A DNA stretch of 64,000 nt, taken from the NCBI GenBank assembly GCA_024704765.1, contig JAKMXF010000299.1, forward strand, positions 1,278,863 through 1,342,862, read 5' to 3'. Below are positions 40,480 to 53,307 of the stretch, in pieces (the stretch's first letter is position 1; each line of letters starts with the position of its first letter). Below the pieces are notes generated by a model that did not search any database, was not told where the DNA came from, and was given only the letters and a program-made list of their open reading frames with translations. Origin of the DNA: Oopsacas minuta. Taxonomy: Eukaryota > Animalia > Porifera. The position numbers and the translations under genes are program-made.

Positions 40480-40597
40480 TGCAACCATCCAGAATTAAAA
40501 GACAAGTTTACAAAGAATATTGGTTTTCCCATTGGTATTGAATTTAGGGAAAACGTGATGTTTATTAACTCCAAGAATACATTTATAATTGAATCAG
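40480..40597 (+). CDS. SPT16: SPT16, next exon
   Basis: tttag|CNHPELKDKFTKNIGFPIGIEFRENVMFINSKNTFIIES-G|gtatt aligns with the SPT16 segment [22 protein letters not shown]..INSKN that directly follows the exon ending at 12300; phases match (0/0). Confidence 0.9.
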
Positions 40598-42192
40598 GTA
40601 TTTGATAATGATTATTCTTGCTTATGTATTTACGGTAATTAATTTGGCTAATTATACTACCTGGGTCACTTCAGTTGTGAAATTAAATGACTTCCACCTA
40701 TCTGATTTAACAAATTCAATATCATTCAATAGATAAGTGTTGAGCATTTTATCCAATGTAATATACAGACAAATCCGATAACTCGAATGTCGGTTAATCT
40801 GTTCTTTCGTTTTCTTAAACGGATAATATCTTTTTTCATCACTTCGTTTATCTTATAGAACTCTTCGCATCCGTTCCTATAACAGATTTTCAGTGTTCGT
40901 GTTATCCGATCTTAAGTATCTATATTTAATATATAATCTTTGGATACTCTTGATATGAATGCTTTTTATGGCACTTTTAAATTGATCACAAAATACTAAA
41001 TAATCTCTAAATATTTTAGCTCTTAATCATTTGAAGAAGTGTCGCACTGGAAAATTGGGTCCTTAAATGCTGCCCATCCCTTAACTCCAGGATTAGAAAT
41101 CTTTTCTGCTCATCTTACTCTTTCGCACACAGATTTAAACTGAACCTGATCTATTTCGATGGTAATCACCATATATATATTGGGCTTTATCATAATATCC
41201 CTGTACTTACCATAGCCTAATCCTGCTTACTATACATAAGTCCTCACAGTAACTTTTGATTTTTGTGCTAGTGATACGATTGCGATCTAACAACATTGAA
41301 CCCAGTTTCTACTTTGCAGAAACTTGAATTTTTCACTGATACATTTATTCCATATTTGTAGAAGAACATATCAACTATAATATACTAAAAATTTTAGGCA
41401 TATGATGAATTATGTGTCTGATAAGTATATTTTTGTAAAATGTCCAATTCTTTTATATCTTCTGGATCTTTAAATTAATGCACTTACATTTCTAAAGCGA
41501 ATATATTGATCTATATATATTGATATATATGCAAAATATCAATTTTGTGTAATACTAAAGCTGGCTCTTTCTTGAGTCCAGGTGAGACTTTGAATGACAT
41601 ATTATTATCAATATCCTATTATAGCTGAATAATGGTTAACTGGGTTACCAAATCCGTATAGCCAATTCATAGTAAATACTCGACATCCATACCCTATTAA
41701 TACGTTTTGAAATGATAACTCTTACTAATATAACGAAGTCGTGATTATCTCTATATATTGTCATTTTTAGCATGTTGAAATTAACTTCGGTATGTCAAAA
41801 TGTTTCTATCCGTGTATGGGATTTCTATTTTATATCAATTGGCTATACTGAATTTGTAATCTCTTAACTATTATCCAGGTATAATTGAATTGTATTATAG
41901 TTTATCTTCTATTGCTTCTCCCGTAACTCACGAACAAGCTAACCCTTGTATTACAAAAATTTTATATATGGTATAAAACTATATTCATCATTTCATACGC
42001 TAACCGAACAAATCTATTTGGACATCACTAACTATACAATTATATATCCTGGCTATTGCGAATATTTCAATACATATAAGATATTATACCTGAAAAACGG
42101 TTTAACTATGTAAGTTTGATTGCCCTGGCTGAATTTATGAAATTTTATTCAATTCGAACTTTTTCTAGCCTAATTTTGCTCAGTATGTAGAT

Positions 42193-44950
42193 CAGAAGTT
42201 CCAAACCCTTTCTGGCTGCGACCCCATTCAGAAACAAGCATTAGAGTGTTGCCCTCAAGATACGCAGCCATGTATCTGTCCCTATAATTACACAGTCCGA
42301 TCAGAAAACATATTTCAGGATACTTAATTTAGAACACTCTTTGTTACTAGGAAAGTTTTTTGCGCTAAGGTGAATGAATGCATCTATTTTCCCATCAGCT
42401 CAGCTTTTAATTCTATAAAGAATAGTTTACTTCAAAATATTTCCATTTGAATTGAAAGTCATAAATGAATGTATTTTAACGAACTCTTTGTTAATCTTTT
42501 GATGTCGTATATATTACCTTCTTGATGCATTTTCTAGTTATGTTCGATGAAAGAAGCTTTTTATTAAAAATGTATTATTATTTCCACCCTTCAGGACATA
42601 TTCATAAACTGAAGAGGATGCAATATATACATCTGTGGCCTTAATATAGTCTATTATATGCACAATTCCGTCTTCCGAAAGTAATCTCAATTTGTACTTT
42701 TTGGAATTTGACATATGGCTCTTTTGTTTACTACTTTTTCATAGACAGAGGAAATATGCTACACATGTAGAAATAATTGAAATTTTGATTCGTATCTTTA
42801 AACTAGTTTTTTGGATGATATTACTTATATCACAAACACTATACACATTGTGAACTACAAAATTCCACTCAAAATAGCATTGGCAAAGGAACAAATACCT
42901 CGAGAAATATATCTATCCTTGCTCACACACTAACACATAATTATATCACTCAGTTATAAAAATTGATATTAATATACTTGCAAAAGTACTTGTTTTCTCC
43001 TAAATGAGTCTGTTTACCTCGAGCTAACTCACTGGCTCCCAATCCAACGATAATTCAATAGTTGAGCCTGTTTTTCAGCAAACCAGGCTTTCAATGCGGG
43101 CTTAGTCAATTATCCCGCAACAATCATGTCAATTTCTGTCTCAAGCCGATTCCTGAGTTTTCATCACTACTATTGTAGAGAACGGCTATTCACACAAGTA
43201 TGCCGATTGCACGTCATTAGGAATAATATTCCCTTCTCTGATCTGCGTGGGTATGATCGAAACAATTGCACCAGAAACTGTGCAATGATGCTGACTGAAA
43301 TAAGGTATTCTCTCCGGAATACTGCTTCAGTCTCACGAACTCCTCTTCAATGATTCTTCGCCAGTAATGGTCGGGAGCAATGACTGGATGCTAGAAGGAG
43401 AATTACTTTTCAAACTGATTAATCAATGACTGAATATGTTAATTAATTTCTTTAAAACTAGGCTTGAGTTTGATGTTTTCAGATTCTTCTATGTGTACAG
43501 AGAGGCGTGGAATAATTACATAACGGCTGCCGCTCACTTTAACCTTTAACAAAGCCAGTGTTGCAAGAAATCCTTGTCTTTTGTCATGGAATGGTATCAG
43601 GTCAATCTTTACCCTGAAGTGTACGATTCACCACATTGATAATACACTGAATAGCGCCACTCAAAGCAGAACTTAGGAAGCCAAGCATTGCAACCCAACA
43701 TTCTTCCTTTGTGTGCGTAAGAACTCCTTTATCTCTCCAGGCAGCTCGAAAACACGCAGGATAGTATTTCCTTGTGAAAGTCATCGTACTTGGGTGTTGA
43801 AGAGTAAGTTCATGTGGTCAGCGCCCATTTTATGATAGAATGATTTGCATAACCTCTTATTTGAGCACTTGATTTGATGTGTTTACGGTTTTGATCACTT
43901 GTAAAACGCCTTCAACAGCTTTCTGGCATTGTACGAGCAGCCAGCGCTTCCCGGTGGATCATGCAAGTATCATAGACAACGAGGAGCCACTTATCGTAAT
44001 TTTGAATTAATGACTCAATGTTTCTCAAGCGTTGCAGGAGCTTAATCTGTTGTTGATCCACTGAATTTATTGGAGTCCAGGCCTTCTTTATTGAAAAGGC
44101 AAAGATTTTGTTAAAGTGTCCTATCCTTTAGTTTCCAATAATTTGACAGTAAAGGTTCATCAACGAAATCACCCTATTTGATAAATACTTCCCAGATCAA
44201 CAATTGCGAGCATGATACAATTTCTGCTATGAACAGTGTTTTTTGGGAGATGTATGTTTCGAGTTTACTAACCACGTCTTCTCCGATCATGATAGATACC
44301 ATTTCCTTTTACCAAGGAATTATCAACTCTTCACCGATCGTGTGTGGAGCCAAGCCGGTATTTCTAAGGGCGGTTAATTTCATTTCGAAAAAGGAGCATA
44401 CTACAGAAACCTAACTCCATTAATTTGTCATTGTAACTTCGTTCCCGTGATGCACACCTGCCATCTCTGCACAAGTCAAGCTAATTCAAACACATAAACA
44501 CATGGTGTAGAATTGATTTTGAATAATAAAATATTATCCATGTGAGCTTGGGAATATTTCTTTGGTAAAATGATGTATTTCTAACACACCAGGATCTCTT
44601 AATTACTGTTAAAAACAAATCTTTTTCTGAATTATTTCTACTACTTCCTTGAATATGCAGACCACCACTACTTATTGTCTTACACCATCATTAACAAACT
44701 GCATTTAATTTAATACAAGAATTTTCTTTCTGAAAAATACATAACAGTAATTTAACACGATATTGTTCACATATCATACTTTCAAGCATACATGTATGTA
44801 TTATACATGTTTACACTTAAAGTACCATATGTGGACAGTATCGAGTTAAATTACCGTTTTGTATTATATAGTTTTGTGCTAGTTTGGGACATAACAAAAA
44901 GTGCTTCGCGACCACGATTGGGGTCATGACTGATTGTTTTGGAACCAATG
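42193..44950 (-). mobile_element. Decayed hAT (Buster/Charlie-like) element
   Basis: PHTIGEELIIP, CMIHREALA, NTQVR*LSQG and AYLCE..FS...RNRL at ~44400-43050. Degenerate TIRs; flanks atgtagat / atataaat (6/8). Confidence 0.7.
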
Positions 44951-45339
44951 ATATAAATTATGAGCTAATTGTTTATAAAGAAGTTGAACATATCTAATTT
45001 GTGTACTTGACTTCGTAAATTGAACAAAAACGTTGCTAAAATGGACTACTAACAAGCAACCTTTGCTTTCTTGCGCTGCGCAGCTCGCGAACACTTCGTG
45101 TCTGCGGGTGTCACCCTTAGGGTGTTCTTGTATTCTCATTAATATTTGGGCGTTTAAACGTTACATGATGTAAATTCCATAAAATTTGACTTTCCCATTG
45201 TTTCGCGTTTTTTCACCGTTTTGTCCAGGGGCATTCATTATATACTAATCACTATATTTTTAATGAAATAACAGTTATAAGCTAGCATTTCTCAGTGCAA
45301 GTATATAGGACCATATTTCATTGTGGTAAGCCTATTTAG

Positions 45340-46290
45340 GGAAGGTAGGACCTCTGTCCAAGACATCCTCGTCCTGGATCACCAAAGCTTGAGACCGACA
45401 ATGACAAATTGAGTGAAGTAAAGGAATATGTCGAGTCTTTTCGCATTCTTCGGTTGCGAAGGTAAACTATGTTGGCATTTGAACGGGAAGTGCACACACA
45501 ATTCTGAACATAGATTTAAAACTGAGGAAGGTCCAAGTGCGATGGGTACCACATTGCTTTATTTTTCCACAAAGGGCGCTGTACTCCAAATGGCTATTGA
45601 GAACCTTGGAATATATGAAGGCGGTGACCCTGGGGGTTATTAGAGAGTAACAGAGGATGAAACATAGATATAATCCAAACCACCGATCAGAAAGTAAGAT
45701 GACAGGGTATGGCTAAAAAGGGAGAGGTACCCCAGCTGTTTCTGTGTCCGACTTCCGTTCCCCGAAAGTCTTGTACTGCATATTTTTCGATGGGCTAGGT
45801 CCTGTAGCCCAAATCCCTGTTCTCTAAGGGCAGACACTCACAGCACAATTTTATGCAGATGTGGTGTTGCCTGGGGTAGAAAAACTTTATCTTAGGTGTC
45901 GTCCAAAGACTGAAACTCGTGGCCTCAAAATTTTGCACGTTAATGTTATATCGCAGAAATCTTTGGCTGTAAGGCAAAAAATTAAAGATATGGATATGTA
46001 CGAAGTTCCACATCCACCTTACTCCCCTGATGTAGCCCTATGTGACTTTCTGGCTGTTAGAAAACTCAAAGATAACCTCTCCGGACGCGAATCTGAGGAT
46101 CGGCTCAACCTTTGTCGGGCAATTTACAGATACCCTGAAGTCTTACCCAAGGATGCGTACAGGAAAGCTTTGAAAATTGGATTAAAAGACTAAATTCAGT
46201 TGTACCGTATAAAGGAGACTACTTTGAACATTCATAGCAAAATCACCAACACTACACAAGTGCTTATAGTTTTAGTATGGTATGATTAGT
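45340..46290 (+). mobile_element. Decayed mariner DD34D element
   Basis: VRWVPH, VTEDET and HPPYSPDVALCDF, with 34 residues from the degenerate 2nd D position. Ends approximate. Confidence 0.8.
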
Positions 46291-47289
46291 ATTTATTGAC
46301 TACTCCTGTAATACAAAAAGAAGGGGATGTCACACTTCGCATACCACCTCCTCCTCTTGTAGCTTTTATCTGCACGGGTCTTGAGGTGTTCCAGTTATTA
46401 TATATCAGCTCTACCAAAGTTGTCGTGTTGAAAGTTACGCAATTTGAATAGTTTATGTTCAGATGATCCAATAATTTTTACAATTTCCGGGTAGATAATT
46501 GTAAGTTAATTAAATTTATGCACCATGGAAATGCTCCTACACGCGGGAATAGTTTGTAGTGAAATAATACAGTAATCTCCCTTTATATACTGTATTATAT
46601 TTTGAGGTTCCTTATGTATAGCTGAGCTATAGTCTATTCCAGTTTTTGCGATACGAATCCCCATACTCTGATTGGAAAAATTTGCTTTCATTAATCGAAA
46701 AATGACCTTTCCTCGAAGTTATACAAAGCTAATATCCAAATACTGTACTATAGCATATCTGAGCTATATTTTAGTTATTTGTTTTATTTTTTGTTGATTG
46801 GTATTTGACGATAATGCCCGGGATTTAAATATGATCGATCGAACATTTTTTCGAAATACAATTTCTACTTCGACTCAAAGACTAGTCACGAAACGCTCAG
46901 TGTGGTGAGCATGTTTTATACGAGTAATTGACTGCGTTTATAAGCAAATAACCTTGATTATTTGTTCCGCAAAATTTATCAGTTAATCTTCAACTCTCGT
47001 TACTTATTCACTGTGATACTAACAGGTGACAAAGTGTTTCAGGTTATCTTCAACTCGTTTTCCTATTCATATACACTCTCATCAAATATTTTTCATCGAT
47101 GTGGAATTTTGTTGCTGAAATTGGCAAAATCTGAAACTTAAGCCGAACATTCTATAGTATGATTTAAGATAATGTTGAGCTGGTTGTTGGAATGTGTCAG
47201 CTTTGGGATTTGATACTAGCACATAGATTATCAGTCCATAATAAAACTATATATTGATGTTGTTTCTATGATTATACAGTAAACAAATT

Positions 47290-47460
47290 AATAAAATTTG
47301 CATCTATCTATAAATACAGCAATTCAAAATTTGAGCATGTTTGTAGATTGCCCTGCCGTAAAGCCAGTTGATTGTGTGCGTGATCTTGGTGTTAGATTGA
47401 ATAATAATCTTGGCATGAAAAAACATGTAACTAGTTTGTGTTCATCTGCACTCGAGAATA
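47290..47460 (+). mobile_element. CR1/L2-like LINE RT C-terminal fragment
   Basis: VDCVRDLGVRLNNNLGMKKHVTSLCSSA (thumb-region signature). Confidence 0.6.
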
Positions 47461-47685
47461 CAATAGATTTCGTAAAATAATTTTTTAGACCTCAGCTGAA
47501 CCGAACTTCGCTAATCCTCAAAGGTTTAGAAGATTATACAACTTTTGGAAAATTTTCTAGAATGTTCAAAAATATATCGTTTATCCAATTCAACTGTGGA
47601 CAAATCAATTAAATTACACACATCTTGGCAGCCTATTCATCGTTTACAAAACCTTCGAAAACAATGTCCCCCTTAGAATCTATAG

Positions 47686-49854
47686 CAGGGGTTCTTAACC
47701 TTTTTGAAGTGACGGACCCCGTAGGAAGATCTGGTGAAAGCTATGGACCCCTGTCCAGAAACTGTACAAAACTAAATAATGCGTCAAGTTGGCACAATTT
47801 TATTATTCATTCGCATGATAAATCTGAAGAAAAACTATGGTATTTTGATTTACTAGTTACTTAGTATATTAGTGAAATGTGTATGATTCAGAATTCGTAT
47901 GTTATGATAATCGCGAGAACCAATATTTTTATGTAAAAAGAATGCAAAGTTTGCAAGGTATATGAAACTTCTTTTCTGCTCGAAGTGACAGACCTTTTCA
48001 GTGTGAAGACTGTTGTTGTTTTGCTCAATAAGGAGATGAAATTCTGGGATGATATTTGATAAAGCAATACGCATGTCATGTTGGACATCCATTCAATTTC
48101 TATTTTTGTTTTTATGGTAACAAGTCTTGAAAATCTTGGCTCACAGAGGTAAGTGGTTGCGAACGGTATCAAAGCTTTCATAGCTCGTTTAGCGAGACGA
48201 GGGTAGACAGGTTTCAATGAACACCAACGCTCTCCCAGGCTCTTCGAACTGAACTCACAATGTAATATTTTCCTTGTTCTTATGTCAATGATATCATCTT
48301 TGGCAAGGTCTGGATCATCAATGGAGTTAATATCAGTAGAAAAGGGATTACCGATCCATGTTTCAGCTTTTAGGTCGCCTGAAGAGAATTAACCTGTCAA
48401 TGAGTTCTGCGGTGTATCCAGGTGTTTGCACATTTCATTCTGAAGAGAGGCTGAGAGGGGTTTGTTTCTCATGACTCCATCATGCAGAAGCACTTCCTCC
48501 AGCATTGAAAAGTTCGTATGGTTGCCTACCTCGAGTCTCCTCTTCCATAAGCCCAACTTGCCCACAAAGCTTGTAGCCTTTCAGTAGCATCCATAATGTA
48601 GACTTCGGGTCTTTGGATTGAAAGATTTACTTCATTCATTTGGCCAAATATGTCTGCTACATAAGCCAAGCCATGAATGAACTCCACGCTGTTAAAATGT
48701 TCTGAGTGTGGGCTCTCCATTTCTTTCAGAAAGAACATAACTTCTGTCCGAAGTGCCATCAAACGCTTCAAGATTTGTCCTCTGGAAAGCCAGCGAACTT
48801 CTGTGTGATAGAGAAGGACTTCATACTCTGATCCCATTTCTTGACAAAGCTTCTTGGAAATATGATGATTTAGGGCGCTGGCTCTGATGAAGTTGATGAC
48901 TTTCACCACGGTAGACAAAACTCCTTGAGAAATATTGGGAGTGTTTTTGATACCACTGCATGTCGATGTGAGAAACAGTGAGTCACAGTTACATTAGTAG
49001 ATTCTTTCTTCACCAAAGCAGCAGAACCAAATTTATTGCCAAGCATTGCAGGTGCTCCATCTGTACACAGACTACCCAACTTTTCTTCCAATCAAAGTTT
49101 TGCATAGCAAAGAAGCTTTGTACATTTTCAAAAATATCGGTGGCCTTTGTAGTTTGCATAAGTGGTTCACAAATAGAAACTTTTCTTTGATGGCTTCAGC
49201 TTCGCATAGCGGACGAAGACAAGTAACTAGTTACACTGAGTGATGTCTGTAGTTTCATCAAGTTCCATACCGAAATTGAATGGTGTGTCTGCTAGTTCCT
49301 TAATGATTTGTTTCAAAATATTAGAGGAAATATCAACTATTCGGGAATGTATGACATCATTTGACAAAGGCACTGCTTCTGTTTTCTTCCTTTTCTCCAA
49401 TCCACAAACAAGTTTGACCATGTCCAGAGCACATGGCCTTATTAAAGTTTCTCAATCGTATGAGGTTTCTTTTGCTTGGCGATGCGATAAGCAACCTTAT
49501 AAGTGCTTCGAGGCAAGGCTTCTGTGTTAGACAAAATCCAAGTTTTGGCAAAGTCCCAGTCTTCTCAAATCTTGCTTTCTTTGTACCAAAACTATCCACA
49601 TCGTAAGTTGCATAATCAGGATGTACAGCTGTGAGATGCTCCTTAAGTTTGGCAGGCTTCAAACTTCCATTTGCAAGAACAATGCCACACAAAAAACACT
49701 GGGGCTTCTGTACCCCATCATGTTCAGTAATGTAAGTAAACCAAACGATACATAAGATTCATCGTACTTCCTTTTCTTCGACATAATGAACTAGATAAAC
49801 TATAATCTATATTAACTAATTTGCACGGTATGAACCCCCGGTTAAGAAACCCTG
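47686..49854 (-). mobile_element. hAT Buster/Charlie element, both ends intact, disrupted transposase
   Basis: 15-bp TIR CAGGG(G/T)TTCTTAACC, perfect 8-bp TSD ATCTATAG. BED finger, LDETTD, CTDGAPAM, HTEVRWLSRG and TTYLCE. Confidence 0.95.
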
Positions 49855-50269
49855 ATCTATAGCATTACTTCTATCATTTCTCCAATCCAAACTAATTCTT
49901 ATGTAATTGGAACAGTGCTGTTCAGATTACTGAGGATGTCTGTATCTTAATTTGTGGCATAGTCAAACATGGCGTAAATTCCAACAAAAATATCCTTCTT
50001 GAGGGCGGTGATAGAATTAATCCACGGGTTTTCTAGCTACCAGCGGTTATTCAGAGTAATACGGTAATCTTTTTCTTAGCAAACATTAGTGAATATAGCC
50101 TGGGAAAGGGAGGTTTCCGCAGCCTAGCCCCTTCCCCATAAAAACACTCAAAGTAGAAATGAATATTGTGGGTTTTGATGTGGAAAATCTGGCAACCCTA
50201 CCTGTACCAATTTGTAAAGCGGGAGAAGGTCCTAATGCGGTCTGTATACATCTAGAATATTTCCTTCTT

Positions 50270-52635
50270 AAGTTACTTATAATTGTATCAATCATCGTAA
50301 ATATTTCCGTGGTTGATAAACTAGAAACCATCATAGAAAATACAGTAGTGTGTGGTTCATCAAGATTGTCAATCGATTCGATTACCCTTCTCCCCCTTAT
50401 AGACTCATCACTACGAATGTGGATTTCATCAATTTGAAGTATGACATGACGCCCCAAATCATTAAGTGTCAAAGCAACCACAATGGAATTTTAGTAGAGT
50501 CACTCTCCAATCTAATACTATTCTTGATTTTCAACATTTTACGCTCGTAATGATAAATAATACAGTTAGAATCCTGAATAAGATGATAACAAGCTGGTGA
50601 CAATCCGTGGATTTTAAAACAAAGACCTTAGTTAGAATGCAATCCTGCGAGCATGTTTCTCAACGATTAAATATTTCAAATGATAGAGCAAAAATTTAGA
50701 TGCATTATCATAGAATCGTTTCATGTTCTAAATCACACATTGAATGAGTGGGATGTAATGTATCAATAGCATTTGTGATATTATTAATGGGGCACAATTT
50801 ACGGGTTTGTAACTAATGAGTGGCTGAAGAAAATACATCACCATTTGTATTTCAAATAAATCGACTTCATGAATGATTTTTCCAATGGCCTAATATCGTT
50901 AATTGAGCGAGACGATAGTGGAATTTTGTGTTTTTCCTGATATAAGCCTTAAATGATAAGTTTACATCGCTACATATTGAATGTTCGACTGTATAAATCT
51001 CATTATAATATCGTATCTTAAGAAAAAGCATAATGGCAGCATTGGGACGAAAAATAACCCAGCATAATGAAATCAACTAGGTGTAACTTTAGGAATATTT
51101 GGCAAATCTTGAATATTTGGATAATACATTCATTTTTCCGAAATTCGGTGATTGCCATTTACAAGGTGTTAAGAAATTGATGTCCCTTTTTACAACCTCC
51201 GCTATTCTCTAATTTAATCTAAATAGATATGGTATAACTTTCCTATGTAATCTCTATGCAGTTTTAGACATTTTCTACTTCGACCTGGTATCCCAGCTAT
51301 AAGTCTTTCTAGTGTCTCCGGGGAGATTACTTCCAGGCCCAATTTAATTATTTTTCTAAAACTTATAGGTTGGTTACGCACTCCATTAGCATCCAACTTG
51401 GTTTGCAAAAGAGCCCAGAGGTTTTCGATAGGATTCAAGTCTGGTGAGTTCGGAGGCCATATCTCTTTTGTCCAAAAACCTGCCATAATGTTTTTCAACC
51501 ACTCCTGACTACTTTTGGAAGTAAGTGGTGGGCTCCATCTTGTGGAAATTGCTTGGGACCTATCTGGCAACAATTTTCTCTCTAGGATCGTCCCTGAATC
51601 TCTCGTTCGAAGTAAGCTAGATGTTAGAGACTGTTTCAATGAGACTTCCACATAATAGTCTGATGTCACAGTTTGTCCTTGGGCGATTATATGGAGGTCT
51701 GAGAGTGCTTGGTATGACATCACATCCCATACAAGGATATTTGATTTTTTCCGTGGGAGGGACATCAACCTTGGATTTCGCCCATATACAGTCGTTTTGC
51801 TTTTTGGAGTGTGGAATACACCAAGAGAGGATTCATCTGAAAATACGACTCTTGTCCAGGTGTTAATTGACCGATCCTCCCTTTCATTGCAGAATTTTAG
51901 CCGAGCTGTCCTCTGTTTTTCTGTCAATTTGGGTTGAACCTCCGGTTTGTAGGGTCGAACATTGAGATTTTTGCGTAAGTACGAGTGTGCTATCACATGA
52001 GAGATAGAAAACCCCTTGGATTTGAGATTCTTGGAGATTTATCGTGTAGACTTCATCTTTTACCGATTGTCTTAGCAATTACACTTTACGTACCATAGTG
52101 ACGGACATTCTCCTTCCACGGCATTCATGTTGTGATAGACTCACCAGCATCATATCTCAGGAACCAGCTTCGAATGGTATGGATAAATACACCTACAACT
52201 TTAGCAACCTGATGAATCAACATACCCGCTTCTATCAAAGAAACTGCATGTTTACGGGTGTTTGGAGTCGCTTCTTTAACCATATCAATTTCTAGTATAT
52301 TATGGATAGGATTATTTGAAGAATAGAGTATTTTGAATGGAAAGAATTTTGGAAATTAACAGAAATCAATTAGTTTAATTAATTTTGAGTATGATTATGG
52401 AGTTCAAACCTGATTCATCAAGTGAAATTGTGGAGAGACTGTTGGATGACTGTACAAAAAGAATCAAAGTCACTAATTTGATTAAGAGCGTTAGTACTAA
52501 GGTCTTCATTTCTGGCACGTACTTCTGCCGAAGAACTTGTACTCCTAGGGGTTGAAGAGACTTGCTTTAAACAGGACTTTGGGACACCAGGAAAAATGGA
52601 TGGAGGTTAGCTAGGTCGTTTACCACCTTTAACTG
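50270..52635 (-). pseudogene. THAP/P-like transposase remnant (N-terminal half), interrupted by a Tc1-like element
   Basis: GGKRPS*PPSIFPGVPKSCLKQ (THAP tail, ~52630-52520) and VILQIDEIHIRS (first catalytic D region, ~50450). Confidence 0.7.
51162..52290 (-). mobile_element. Tc1-like DD37E element lacking its 5' TIR
   Basis: ATG ~52267 MVKEATP; FSDES; (Q)DGAPP with a 1-nt deletion; WPPNSPDLNPIENLW, giving 37 residues D to E after repairing the frameshift. Terminus TA|CAAGGTGTTAAGAAATTGATGTCCC at 51162. Confidence 0.8.
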
Positions 52636-52639
52636 TCAA

Positions 52640-53307
52640 AAAATCATCTTATTATTCATGATGGTGATGATGTTTACATGTCCCAAACTGACACACGGAC
52701 GTTCAGTCGTCCAGTATCTACATTTACAACATGTGAAATCACAATTTGGATTTTCATTCCTTAAATGTGTTGAGAAAAATGGAAAGGAAATACCTAAATC
52801 GTATTTTTCCAAAGCTGGTTACACAACTTACAGACAACTGCGGCTACCAATACCTTATAACTGCCAGAATCCAGGATGATCCTCATGAACATCACTTTGG
52901 TCTATATAGACAGATGTCAGGTTGCCATTATGAGATTTCCTTTAATCAGATATTAGAGAGCGAATGCAGACTCCAACTTTTGAATCTTCTAAAGGTGTCT
53001 AATCTTAAATATTCTTCTGCGTCTAGCTCTACTGAAGGCATTATTTCTCGGAAAGAATATCTAAACAAATTTGATTACGACTATGAGTGTATAAATCAGG
53101 AACAACTTGATATAGAACATTATCTCACCAAATTGAGCGAAATCTCACTTCCTGAAATAGAAGTCTCCCAAATAGAATATCTCGTTCATATTGCAGGATA
53201 TGCAGTCTTTTCATACATTAAGAAGTCTAATGGTTGTCAATTTTGTCAAGGCCTTTTAACTTCAGATAAACTTCTCGAAGTTAACAATGATATCCGATCC
53301 CATTATA
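52640..53307 (+). pseudogene. P-like transposase C-terminal half, cut at 53307
   Basis: YLITARIQDDPHEHHFGLYRQMSG and HIAGYAV..CQFC; similarity stops at the CACAGTG junction. Confidence 0.8.

Noticed and set aside
41040-41700. Possible minus-strand exons (LRR-like LLDRNRIT; FTMNWLYGFG)
   Set aside because: Frames are short, contain stops and could not be joined; no family confidently recognised.
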